Assembly (NCBI GenBank): GCA_950097015.1
Contig: CATNEN010000027.1
Span: 868,001-932,000 of the forward strand
Length of the DNA stretch: 64,000 nt
Source: Macrostomum hystrix
Taxonomy: Eukaryota > Animalia > Platyhelminthes
Reading direction: 5' to 3'
Shown here: in pieces, positions 12,025-24,800 of the stretch
Layout of the letters: each line of letters opens with the position of its first letter
Position numbering within the stretch: the stretch's first letter is position 1
Made by a program: the position numbers and the translations under genes
Notes under the pieces: model-generated
What the model saw: the letters and a program-made list of their open reading frames with translations, nothing else
Databases searched by the model: none
What the model was told of the DNA's origin: nothing

Positions 12025-13731
12025 TAGCTTTTTGCAGCCTAGTTAATCCTGCAAGCATTCAATTTAATCATAAGTAGGCGCAGCAATACTGCAGCAGTTG
12101 CTCTGGCAGCCTGTCTATGGCTCGGACTGTGGCAAACCTGCATTCAATTTAATCCTGCAAGCGCGCATTTAATCATTTTTACTACACATCGTGCATTTTT
12201 TATCAGTGCAATCTGTGACATGCGTAATGAGCATTTCCAGCGCTTCGTTTGAACAAGAAGGCACTGAAGCAAGTTTCGAAGCAGGGAATGAAGATGGGCC
12301 CCCTCTACCCCCCGCGGCACGTCGCAGAAAGTATGACAAAATAACTGATGAGAAGTATGACATGATCTTAAACGCTTTGGATCGTGGAGAAAGTGCGGCT
12401 GCCATCGCGCAGTGGCTCCAGGTGAAGCTGCGCACCGTATACTCGATACGAAGACGTTACGAAGTCGCAGGTCAACGAAATCGAGGTGCTCGCGGGGGCG
12501 CTCGAACAGTGAAGATTACCAATGATCACGTGCAACAGTTGGTAAGCTGGGTGGAAGATAATCCGCTTCTCACACTGAAGCAAATGAAGCGTAAGCTTCA
12601 GGCCGAAGATCCTCAGTTGCATGTCAGCGAGTGCACAGTAAGCAGAGCACTAGACAAGCAGCTCTTTACGCTAAAATGCCTCAGTCGTGACGCCGACATT
12701 CCTGCAGCGAGAAACTCTGACGAGAACATTGCGCGCCGCCAGGTCTTCGCTCAGTGGCTGATCGAGCTAGAGCCAGAATGTCATCTCATATACATTGATG
12801 AGACAGGCTTCAATATATGGACACGTCGGTCGCAGGGTCGCAGCATCAGAGGGCAGAGAGTTCGGCGCAAAGTACATACGCAACGTGGTGTGCAGGTGAA
12901 TGTGATACAAGCTATGTCTCCTAACATCGGCCTGGTCAGCCACAAGATCCTGGCGGAGACAATGACGGCAAATAAGTTCCAGGACTTCATTAATGAAATG
13001 GTGCAGAGCGTTATGTCACGCGAGGATGTGAATGAAGGTGACAACTTCTGCGTGATCATGGATGGCGCTCGCTTCCACAACGCAGCCACTATCCCAGAAG
13101 AGTACCGGCAAACATGGCGAATTGTGAAGCTCCCGCCGTACTCACCATTCCTCAATCCAGTGGAGAACGCGCATGCGTGCTTAAAGGCTGCCATCCAGCG
13201 CCAGCTGGCGCTGCAGGAAGTTCAAGAAGAACTCGACAGCCCGCCGGTTGGTTACTCGTTGCGTGACTGGCGAGTTCTTGTGCTTCACCGAATTGCCGAG
13301 GCTGCAACTACTGAGGTGACAGTCGGCAAGTGCGGTGGCTGGTACCGGCATATGATGCGATTTCTGCCAGCGTGCATGGCAGGAGAAGCAATTGCTTAAG
13401 CCCGGCATTGATAAGTCAATTTGCGGACTGAATTTTTTCCACCTCCCACTGTTTGGCAGGATTTTCATTCAAGTTTCTAGAATTCTGTTCATTTGTTTTA
13501 ACTGTGCTCCATTGTGTTATGTTACATTTTTGTGAATTTTCTATGCAGTTTGATATAGCCCTGTCTGCAAAGTTGCAACATGATTAAATGCGCGCTTGCA
13601 GGATTAAATTGAATGCAGGTTTGCCACAGTCCGAGCCATAGACAGGCTGCCAGAGCAACTGCTGCAGTATTGCTGCGTCTACTTATGATTAAATTGAATG
13701 CTTGCAGGATTAACTAGGCTGCAAAAAGCTA
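12025..13731 (+). mobile_element. IS630-Tc1-mariner superfamily transposon, about 1.7 kb, apparently intact
   Basis: 150-bp TIRs (12027-12176 and 13580-13729) differ at one position. TATA on both sides gives a TA target duplication; the exact terminus is ambiguous by 2 bp. One transposase ORF inside. Confidence 0.95.
12227..13399 (+). CDS. Tc1/IS630-like DDE transposase (DD33E), about 390 aa from the first ATG
   Basis: N-terminal HTH region (AAAIAQWLQVKLRTVYSI), second HTH (LTLKQM...VSECTVSRAL), catalytic YIDETG, IMDGARFH and LPPYSPFLNPVE. No stops or frameshifts. Confidence 0.93.
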   Translation: MSISSASFEQEGTEASFEAGNEDGPPLPPAARRRKYDKITDEKYDMILNALDRGESAAAIAQWLQVKLRTVYSIRRRYEVAGQRNRGARGGARTVKITNDHVQQLVSWVEDNPLLTLKQMKRKLQAEDPQLHVSECTVSRALDKQLFTLKCLSRDADIPAARNSDENIARRQVFAQWLIELEPECHLIYIDETGFNIWTRRSQGRSIRGQRVRRKVHTQRGVQVNVIQAMSPNIGLVSHKILAETMTANKFQDFINEMVQSVMSREDVNEGDNFCVIMDGARFHNAATIPEEYRQTWRIVKLPPYSPFLNPVENAHACLKAAIQRQLALQEVQEELDSPPVGYSLRDWRVLVLHRIAEAATTEVTVGKCGGWYRHMMRFLPACMAGEAIA

Positions 13732-14574
13732 TAATAATCTGTTTTTAGGCGTCACTTGGAATTCATCATAGTACTAATCACTAGTAAAACTGTCCTTTGC
13801 ATGACATCCGTTTAATCCGACACGAATGTACGAGTATAAACAAAAAACTTAACCCTAATCGCAAGAAGTCCGATTAATCGATAATCCATTAGCTATATTA
13901 AGCTTCATTACACGAATAAACGTATAATAGTCTGTTGGAGAAATCAATGACACTTAAAAACTACGAATAAAATGTAGATCGAAATATTTCGTGTTTCGTG
14001 CTGCAAACAAACTAACGACATCTAATTATATATCATAATAGCCAGTGAATTGAGCACAGGGTGCGGGCACAGTGTGTTGGAAAGCTTCGGGTGCTAGATA
14101 TTCTACCGTTTCTAGCTAGATCTGCACTCATGTCATCAAAGGATGCCAGAAATGATTGTATCTTACAGAGAAATCTGCGACGGTCGCCTCTCTCTGATAT
14201 TTGAGTATGCAAAAAACTAGTGATAAAGCAAACATCTTTTGAAACATCTCTTGGTGAAACATTTACCTTGATGCACAGCAGTTCTACATAGGGAGAAAAG
14301 GAAAATTTTGGATTGAAAAGACTGAATGGCTGAGTTCGGATAAAAAATAGCCAATAATAAAAAACCAGCGGATGAAACGAAGACAATTAGCAATGTAGGT
14401 GACAACAAAGTGAATGCTGGGGAAACACTACTATGTGCGGCATAATAATACAAAAAAGTTTACTACCGTGCATCTGTTAAAAGACGGACGAGTAGCAAGA
14501 TAATTTCCATTAGTGCAGCGACTCTCGTGAAGCTAAAAGTAAAATGGTACTCGGACAAGCAGGGAATCGGGCGT

Positions 14575-14970
14575 TAAATGGACTGGTTGGGAATCAGATT
14601 AATCAGAAATCGGACGAATCTGGAATCGCTCGAATAAGGAATCGGACGAATCGGAAATCGACGAATCGTGAATCGGACTAATAAGGAATTGGACTATTCG
14701 GGAATCGGACGAATCGGAAATCGGACTAATCAGGAATCCGATGAATCGGGAATCGGACGAATCGGGAGTCGGATGAATCGTAAATCGGACTAATAAGGAA
14801 TCGGACTAATCGGGAATCGGAAAAATTGGGAATCGGACGAATCGGGAATCGGGAATCGGACGAATCGGATGAATAAGGAATCGGACTACTCGGGAATCGG
14901 ACTAATCAGGAATCCGATGAATCGGGAATCGGACGAATTGGGAATCGGAAGCTTGACTACTCGGGAGCTC
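14575..14970. repeat. Degenerate 9-10-bp tandem repeat (GAATCGGAC/GAATCGGGA)
   Basis: Visible periodic gaatcgga motifs. Confidence 0.8.
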
Positions 14971-15818
14971 GGATGGTTATTGGGATGGATATTGGGAGGC
15001 ACAGAGACTATTGCTAGCATATGAACACCATAGATACTATTAACAGTAGTGTCTTATAGTATCTGTGATGCATACAAAGAAGTGAGTACTCTATCAATAA
15101 ACCTAGTTAGCTGGTTTGAAGCGAAAGGACAAGCAAATAGCAAAAAAGCGAGCACAGAGAAATGTAACTGAAACTGCTCATATGGTGATCGCTGAGGATT
15201 TGAGGCGGGGCAGAGCTGAGACCTCTGGCAAGGGTTAGAGACAGTCAATTTAGCTAGGTTGCTACAAGGGCTTGGCAGAGATGATAAGTTTCAGCGTTTA
15301 TTATATGCACCTCAAATACACAAAGAAAGGTAAAAAACTGCAGCACTGGCATTGGACAAACCGAGCCAAGCGAAAGTGACAGCTAAAGACATTAACGGGC
15401 GTTATTATTCAGCCAAAAATGGGGCTAAAACTGAGGGGTGCGACGCAAACTAGTTAGAGTGGACTTTAGTCTATGGCCGATGAAGCCACGTTGTTACCTG
15501 GATAAAACGCTAATCCTATTAATAAGTTAAGTTTGCTACTAACTGACATTGTTAAGCTATTTGTGGTATTCTGCATGCGCCGCACCCGGTGTTTAGGATT
15601 TTTTGGATTTTGAGTTACGGCTTTGAGGTTAAAAAAACTGTATTTCAACGGTTAAAAAATAAAGGAGCTGGCAGAGGATACTATATAACTAATTCTATGC
15701 TAATATTCAAAAGAGAATTCGATTTGGCGGCTAATATAGTATCCAATGCCAGTTTTGTTATGATAAAATAAAACAATAAAGTAAAAAAAACACCGATTGA
15801 CCAATTCTCTTGGCCAAC

Positions 15819-18800
15819 TCAGCTATAGATGGTGATGACCTCCTTGCCGGTGCCGCGAACCAGCAGAACCCGGCTAAGACCTTCCGTCAGCGCGTCCAGG
15901 TAGCAGATGTAATTGTTCAGGCCGTCCCTGTTGCGCGGCGGCTTCGGCAAGTTGATGATGACCAGCTTGGAGTCGCCAGACAGTTCGGCAATCTTGCGAT
16001 TCAACCGGATGGCGCTGTGCATCTTCTTGACTTGGCCGATTCTGTCATTGGTCAGATCACCGAGGCCGTCTGGCAGTTCGCTCTCTCCGGCAGAATCGGC
16101 GGCGGCGCTGGAGGCGTTGGCAGCCGCAGCCGCTCCCTGAACGTCATCGTCGGCGGTGGCAGCGGCGTCCTCGTCAGTCGGACTGTTCGGCAGGCGGAAG
16201 GCGGCCCGAGCCGCAGCCGCCGAGAAGGTGTACTGACAGCTGGCCGACGGCAACGGGTCGACGATGGTGGAGGTGTCCGGGCCGGCGGTGGCGCCGGAAG
16301 TGTTGCCAGTAGAGGTGGCGGCGGCTGCTGCGACAGATTCATTCATTTCGATAGCTTCTCCAGTGTTTTCGCCTCCGCTGCTCAGAACAGTGTCTGCGGG
16401 TTAGCAGCAAATTTAGCTGGGCTCAAGTAACTTCCATTAACAGTAGAGAGACCATGTGGGTATTTTAAATAAGCCAAATGTTTTTATTTTTCAGTATCTC
16501 CTATAATAATAATAATTGCGGGAGAGCTGCGGGCAGTGGCACATCATTTGGTGACACTAGACCCGCAGCCAGCGAGGAGGCAATTCTGCCCCATTTCGCT
16601 GACTCCTGAGCACACACGCACACAGATACTGTACGCAGGCATACGCTCACACAGGTGTGTACATCTGCCCTGGCTTTCTCATCGTCAGGCAGTGTACACT
16701 TCACTGTTGGTTGGCCCTCAAGGGCGTAAATTGCACGACAAGCCCTCAAGCCTTCTCTCCGCGGCTGCGCCCCAAATAAATGTGGCCTCGCCGTGGAATC
16801 GATCGAACTTGGGGACCGTGTGTCTGGTGGCAAGAACCACAAATATAGGCATAATTTCATCATGCAATCATGTCGGCTGTCATTCTTAAGTATTTTGGAT
16901 TGATTGAATTGTTTCTTTTAACCAATATTGATTCGCCATAAAGGTTTATACACAACAATGTTATTTGTCCTTCTCACAAGGGGGAGAAATTGCGTGGTAT
17001 TTCTACTGTTTAGAGGTTTAAGCAACTCACCGTTCTGCTGGGAGCCTCTCCTGATAGCGTCCATCAGTAGCTGCGGCTGCGAGCTGAGCGCCTTCTGGGA
17101 TAGCCGCAGTTTCTGCAGCAGGGATATCCGCTTTTCCATCTGCAGCGTCTTCTGGTGAGTGTAGGCGCTCAGGTCTGAGTCGCCCAGCTCAACAACGCTC
17201 ACCTGTTTTAATGCCGCTGAAGTTCTTATACTGGCAGAAAAGTTAATTCGTCCATCCTATTCCTTCAGCAAGCCATCTTTACCCATCACATAGACATTTA
17301 GCACCTCAGGTAGGCATCTATCACCTCAGGTAGGCATCTATCACCTCAGGTAGGCATCTATCACCTCAGTTAGGCATCTATCACCTCAGTTAGGCATCTA
17401 TCACCTCAGGTAGGCATCTAGCACCTCAGGTAGGCATCTATCACCTCAGGTAGGCATCTATCACCTCAGTTAGGCATCTATCACCTCAGTTAGGCATCTA
17501 TCACCTCAGGTAGGCATCTATCACCTCAGTTAGGCATCTATCACCTCAGGTAGGCATCTATCACCTCAGGTAGGCATCTATCACCTCAGGTAGGCATCTA
17601 TCACCTCAGTTAGGCATCTATCACCTCAGTTAGGCATCTATCACCTCAGTTAGGCATCTATCACCTCAGGTAGGCATCTATCACCACCTCAGTTAGGCAT
17701 ATATCACCTCAGTTAGGCATCTAACACCTCAGTTAGGCATCTATCACCTCAGGTAGGCATCTATCACCTCAGTTAGGCATCTATCACCTCAGTTAGGCAT
17801 CTATCACCTCAGGTAGGCATCTATCACCTCAGTTAGGCATCTATCACCTCAGGTAGGCATCTATCACCTCAGTTAGGCATCTATCACCACCTCAGGTAGG
17901 CATCTATCACCTCAGGTAGGCATCTATCACCTCAGGTAGGCATCTATCACCTCAGTTAGGCATCTATCACCTCAGTTAGGCATCTATCACCTCAGTTAGG
18001 CATCTATCACCTCAGTTAGGCATCTATCACCTCAGTTAGGCATCTATCACCTCAGGTAGGCATCTATCACCACCTCAGTTAGGCATCTATCACCTCAGGT
18101 AGGCATCTATCACCTCAGTTAGGCATCTATCACCTCAGGTAGGCATCTATCACCTCAGGTAAGCATCTATCCCCTCAGGTAAGCATCTCTCCACTATTAA
18201 GTCCCCTGCTACACTTTCCATCTCACAGGCACTCAGAAACAGACCTCGGCAGTGATCCTCAGCTGGTAGACCATGCGTCGCAGATCGTCGCGCATCTTCA
18301 GCGTATTGTCTGTGGGTCCCGCCACGGAGAACACGCGAATGCGACAGTGACGCCAAACTTTGTGCTGCCGCAGCAGAAACGGCAGCAGCAGCAGCAGCCC
18401 GCCATCGTGCATCACCCACCAGACGTCGATGTTACCATACTGCTTTGGACCGCTGTTCAAAGGGAAGTCCTCGCCCTTTGGAATCAGCAGACACATTCCG
18501 GCCGATGTTACTCTGTAGGAAGGAAAACGGGTGTAGCAGTTTCCTAGCAAATCAGCGCTAAGGAGGGCCTGGGTGGGGTGGTGGGACAGAAGTATCAACC
18601 AATTAAAATCAAGAAGGGGTTCGGAGTGAAGGGGTCAGGAATGCGATGTGGCGGCGTGGGGTGGGTGAAGCATCAGCCAATCAGCATTGAGATTAGGCTT
18701 AGGAGTAGAAAGTGCGCTCTCAGAGGTGTCCTTGGGTAACCAGAACAGCAACAACAGAGAGATCCTTATCTTGAGGAAAATTATAGCAACTTTTACGCAT

Positions 18801-21800
18801 TATATATTAACACTCGAAAGAGCACGGGAAGGGTATTTTAAAAACCCACATTTTTTCTGTATCTCCTAAAATATTCAACCAATAGCTAATCAAATCCAGA
18901 ACACGGCCTTACATTTTCCGCTCTATCCGATTAAACAACTTCAAGAATCGCAAAACAATGGCATCGTCGAGATATTCAACGATTCTTGTCGGGGCGTCTG
19001 GTAGCAATAACAAAAAGCAAACCTTTTCTGCTAAAAAAATGTGATGATGTAATTATGTCGGCTATCATTATTAACTATTTTGGATTGATTAGGTTGTCAA
19101 TTTCCTAATCTTTGAACCAATGCTGACTCGGACGGCTTTGAAAATAGGTTCATCGTGAAGGGCGGAAAATTTTAATCCATATGGTGGACTTTCACGAAAA
19201 TCGGACTTTTACGAGAGACCGCCGTGGTCCTTCCCCATGCTCAAAGACACAAATAGTCTTCCCTTGGGCTGAGATTCGAACTCGTGACCCTAAGCCCAAG
19301 CCAGCAGGTCCTTACTTGTGAATAGCGTCCAGGAAGTCGTAATACTCGGACTCAGGCGACTCCGCCTTCCATTGAGTCGGCCAGCCGACCACAACGGTGT
19401 TGGGCCGCAGGGCGCCAATGCCCAGGGATTGGATTAGCACTGAGAGACCCTCCGAGCGGTTGGTGCAGATCACCGACTGTGAGAAGCCCTTGGACTTCTC
19501 CCGATCCAGACAGGCCTTGAGCTGCTCGCGACTCTGCCTGGCGGCCGAGCGGGCCACCGGGTCAGATACGTCGCCCTCCAATAGGGTGGCAGCCATCAGC
19601 AGACCCTTACCTGGGGAGATTTGATCATTTATTAGATATATTAGATATCGAGTCTCCTATCCCAAGTTCAAAACTCCACTATTCAAGTACTTATCACAGA
19701 CCAGAAATGCCTAGCTTTGTAACCCCATACACGAAGCTTTTTACATCTCAAGTTATCCCTCCGAGTTCAAGTTGATCCCCAGTTCGCCAAAATCCAAGTT
19801 CCCAAATACGCAAATTATAAATTCCCATTTCCTAAATCTCAGGTCTGAAGTCCATGAGCTCAGATCCAGGATACATTGAATAAATCCCACATTTCCAAAT
19901 CCCCAAACCTAGAATAAATCCCGAATTCCCAAATCCCTATGCCTAGAAAAAATCCAAAATTTCCAAATCCCAATACTCAGAATAAATCCCACATTTCCAA
20001 ATTTCCTTACCTGGAATAAATCCCACATTTCCAAATTTGCATACCTAGAATAAATCCCAAATTTCCAAATCCCCATACCTGGAATAAATCCCAAATTTCC
20101 GAATTTCAATACCTAGAAAAAAATCCCCAATTTCCAAATCCCCATACATAGAATAAATCCCAAATTTCCAAGTCCCCATACCCTATAATAAATCCCAAAT
20201 TTCCAAATCCCCATAACTAGAATAAATCCCAAATTTCCGAATCCCAAAGACCAGACAAAATCCTTAGTTTCCAAACCCCAAAAAGAAAAAATCTCCCTTT
20301 TCTAAGTCCCGAAACCTAGAAAAAATCCCAAGTTTCGAAAACCCAAAATTAAGACAAAAATTTAAACTTCCGAATCCTGATACCGAGAAAAATCCTAATT
20401 TTACAGCTCTAATACTGAAAATGAATCCCCAGTTCCCAGATCCCCATACCTAGAATAAATCCCCAGTTCCCGAAGCCCAGACCGCCCCAGTTACCGGCTT
20501 TGAGCTGTCCCGCCAGGCCGATGATCTGCCGACTCTTGCCCTCGGTCGGTGCCTCTTCTCCCAGGGGGGCTGTCTTCACCAGAGCCAGCAGCTGAGGCCG
20601 CCAGTTCTTGCAGTGCTGCTCGCCCGCCTCCTCAATGCGCAGTAGGGAATAACGCGCGGTGGACAGCGCCAGGCCGCGAATGCCGTCGCCCCATTCCTTG
20701 CGCGCGCCGGCGTATTCGACGTATTTGTAGATGGCGGCGCAGAGGCCGCAGACGACCAGGGCGTAGTACCAGTAGGTGGCGAACATGATGAAGGCGCACA
20801 GAGCGGCTCCCACAAGTGACAGGCTCCAGTGGTAGTAGCGGAAGCGGGGCCGCCAGTTCGGAGCGCGCAGGAGAGTCTGCAGGGCGCAGACTAGATTAAC
20901 AAAACCGTAGCACATCAGAAAAAAGAAATCAACGATTGGGGCGATGTGATCGATGGCGCCAACCAGGATGCCGCACTCGGCTATCAGGGTGGTGAGCAGG
21001 AGTGCATAGAATGGCTCGCCGAATCTATTGAGCTGGGCGAACGGCCTCAAGAAGGGTAACACCTGGGCAGAGAACGGTTTTGATTAGTTAATGATTTGGT
21101 GAGTAGCGGACTATGTAAGGATTTTTGTAAGCGTTAGTAGTGGGTATATAGAAGGCCAGCATAAGATCCTGGAATTTTATGGGTACTAATTTAGATAAGG
21201 ACCTGAAGGCTCAGGAACTTCAGCGTAGATAAGGACCTGAAGGCTCAGGAACTTCAGGGTAGATAATGACCTGAAGGCTCAGGAACTTCAGGGTAGATAA
21301 TGACCTGAAGGCTCAGGAACTTCAGGGTAGATAAGGACCCGAAGGCTCAGGAACTTCAGAGTAGATAAGGACCTGAAGGCTCAGGAACTTCAGAGTAGAT
21401 AAGGACCTGAAGGCTCAGGAACTTCATGTAGATAATGACCCGAAGGCTCAGGAACTTCAGAGTAGATAAGGACCTGAAGGCTCAGGAACTTCAGGGTAGA
21501 TAAGGACCCGAAGGCTCAGGAACTTCAGAGTAGATAAGGACCTGAAGGCTCAGGAACTTCAGAGTAGATAAGGACCTGAAGGCTCAGGAACTTCATGTAG
21601 ATAATGACCTGAAGGCTCAGGAACTTCAGGGTAGATAAGGACCTGAAGGCTCAGGAACTTCAGGGTAGATAAGGACCTGAAGGCTCAGGAACTTCAGGGT
21701 AGATAATGACCTGAGGGCTCAGGAACTTCAGAGAAATAATAATAACCTGAGGCACAGGAGCTTCAGGGTGAATAATTATCTGAGACTCAGGAACTTCAGG

Positions 21801-24800
21801 GGAGATAATGACCTACAGGTCCAGGAAATCGAATGGGAATTGTCATGTCGCAAATGACTGAGGAAAGTTCATTCTGCTAGTTTGCGAACAAGGCGAGCAA
21901 AATTCTATATTTCAGTGTGCGATAATCAATAGCGAGATATTATATTGCGATCAGGGTAGAGTGGTGGAAGGTGACAATATTTAGGGTGGTGGGCTAGGCG
22001 CACACAGGTAGACAGAATGTATTAGAGAAAATGAGTATGTACTTGGAGTGGATTAAAATAAGTGAGAACAAAATATAGTAAACAAGTTGCGGTGCAAAAT
22101 AAGCCAGACAACTCAAATTCACTTCAACTCAAACGCCGCCTCAGGAATAATGACCTGAAGGTTTAGGAACTTCAGAGAAGATAAGAACCTGTAGGCTCAG
22201 GAACTTACGGGGAGAAAATGATCTGAAGCCTCAGGAACTTTAGGCGAGATAATGATCTGAAGCCTCAGGAACTTTAGGCGAGATAATGATCTGAAGCCTC
22301 AGGAACTTCAGGCGAGATAATGATCTGAAGCCTCAGGAACTTCAGGCGAGATAATGATCTGAAGCCTCAGGAACTTCAGGCGAGATAATGATCTGAAGCC
22401 TCAGGAACTTTAGGCGAGATAATGATCTGAAGCCTCAGGAACTTCAGGCGAGATAATGATCTGAAGCCTCAGGAACTTCAGGCGAGATAATGATCTGAAG
22501 CCTCAGGAACTTCAGGCGAGATAATGATCTGAAGCCTCAGGAACTTCAGGCGAGATAATGATCTGAAGCCTCAGGAACTTCAGGCGAGATAATGATCTGA
22601 AGCCTCAGGAACTTTAGGCGAGATAATGATCTGAAGCCTCAGGAACTTCAGGCGAGATAATGATCTGAAGCCTCAGGAACTTCAGGCGAGATAATGATCT
22701 GAAGCCTCAGGAATTTCAGGCGAGATAATGATCTGAAGCCTCAGGAACTTCAGGCGAGATAATGATCTGAAGCCTCAGGAACTTCAGGCGAGATAATGAC
22801 CTGAAGGTCCAGGAAATTTAGCGATTGGACTACAGAATGGACTATAAAATGAGGCGTACAGAACTGTGTAGGTAGCAGCATCGATTCAAACAAAGCTTCT
22901 GGCTAAGAAGCGAAGTCCAACCTGATCCTTGGATATGCTCTGAAGCAGTCGCGGCGCGCTGCACAGGCACTGCAGAGCGGCGCCGAAGGTGCTGGTGAAG
23001 CTGCCAACGAGCAGCAGCCAGTGCGTGGGCCAGGCCAGTTGAGCAGTCACCAGAGTCTTCAAACTGGCTCCGAATTTGTCCCTGAGCACGGCGCCGTGCA
23101 CAGTGCCGCCGAATACGAACACAAAGCTGAGGTACACAAACGAGGTGGTCAGCTGGGCGGCTATGGTGCCCAACGGGATGGACTTCTGCGGATCGGCCAG
23201 ATCGCCTGTAGAAAAATAATGTCAAACACTCTACTGATAGTAGGACAGTTAGGACAGAAAATTCATTTAAAGGTAATGCTTTGAATAGAGTATTCGAGAC
23301 TTAATTAACGGGTGTGACAGTAGAACAGAAGCTCAGCTTTCACAGCAGACAGCTGGTCATACTGGTTGCTGTTGCTGCTGCTGGGGGGAAGAGCATATCC
23401 CTACCCACAGCTGCTCGTGTAGGATAATTATTCAACAAAAACCTGCTCAGTGCAGGTACTCAGCTTAAGCACATGGCAAACGAAAGAAGGAAGGTGTGGA
23501 TGAAAATGTTGGCAAGCAGATAATAAGAGAGTGGGACAATAGATAGCGGAAGGAATGGACGAAAAGAGACAAAAAAGGCCCAAAAAATCTAACAAAAAAG
23601 ACGGTGGTCCTAGGAAAATCGAAGCGGCAATACTAAAAAATCTAAAAGCGGCGATCCCAAAACTTATGAAAAAGCGGCGATCCCAAAACTATCTAAACAA
23701 GCGGCGATCCCAAAACTATCTAAACAAGCGGCGATCCCAAAACTATCTAAACAAGCGGCGATCTCAAGACTATCTAAACAAGCGGCGATCCCAAAACTTA
23801 TGAAAAAGCGGCGATCCCAAAACTATCTAAACAAGCGGCGATCCCAAAACTATCTAAACAAGCGGCGATCCCAAAACTATCTAAACAAGCGGCGATCTCA
23901 AGACTATCTAAACAAGCGGCGATCCCAAAACTATCTAAACAAGCGGCGATCTCAAAACTATCTAAAGAAGCGGCGATCTCAAGACTATCTAAAAAAGCGG
24001 CGATCCCAACATGAACAAATGGCGATAAAGTTCTATGATGTTTGCAGCACAAAAGTTACAGTATTTCACTATACCATGAAGTAAAACTCCCTTTCTTAAA
24101 GGCATTCAGTTGGAGTGACATCCGAAATGCTGTCGTTCTTTAAAAGTACACCAAGCAAGGCGCAGGAATATATTCTACTCGCCAAAGTTATTCGGCATTC
24201 GCGAAATTGTTTTGTTTCAGTTGCAGGAAGTTGCTTTCGCCGCGCAAACTGTGGCAGGCATTTAAACAAATTCTAACATGTATAGGGCGAAGGGATACTT
24301 TAATTCTTGGCACCGGGGAGGTTGCGGTGACGACTGGAAGGGAAGAAAATGAATGGGAAGCGAGGGCCGGGTTTAAGATCGATAGGCGCTTTGAGAGTCA
24401 CAGTCTAATACTGCTGGCTATAATATAAACTATACTAACACTTAAAGCGCAGCAAACAAAAGAAAAAAATAAGAACTTCAAGATGATAGACAGGTTTAGA
24501 CTAAGAGGCAATGTACTTTTCAGCTCCGTATTCAAATATGTCTCTGGATATGCGTCTTAGAAGTGTGTCTGCGGACATATATAAACTTTTAGATACATAA
24601 GTCCACCAAAATCGCGTCCGCAGAAAGGTTTCTTGTTTGTGGGAATGTGTCAGCAGAAGTGAAAAACTGAATTTGGTTCAATCTGACGAATATCCTATTT
24701 CAAAATTATTTTTTGTTTAAGTTTGCTTCTCGAATAATTAAAATCAATCTAGTTGGAGACAGATATAGGTCAAACTTTTGCTGTTTATACGCTAAACAGA

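Noticed and set aside
15810-16430. Plus-strand ORFs at 15810-16430, 27910-28176, 29309-29542 and minus-strand ORFs over the transposase and peptide genes
   Set aside because: They are antisense shadows of GC-rich real coding exons.
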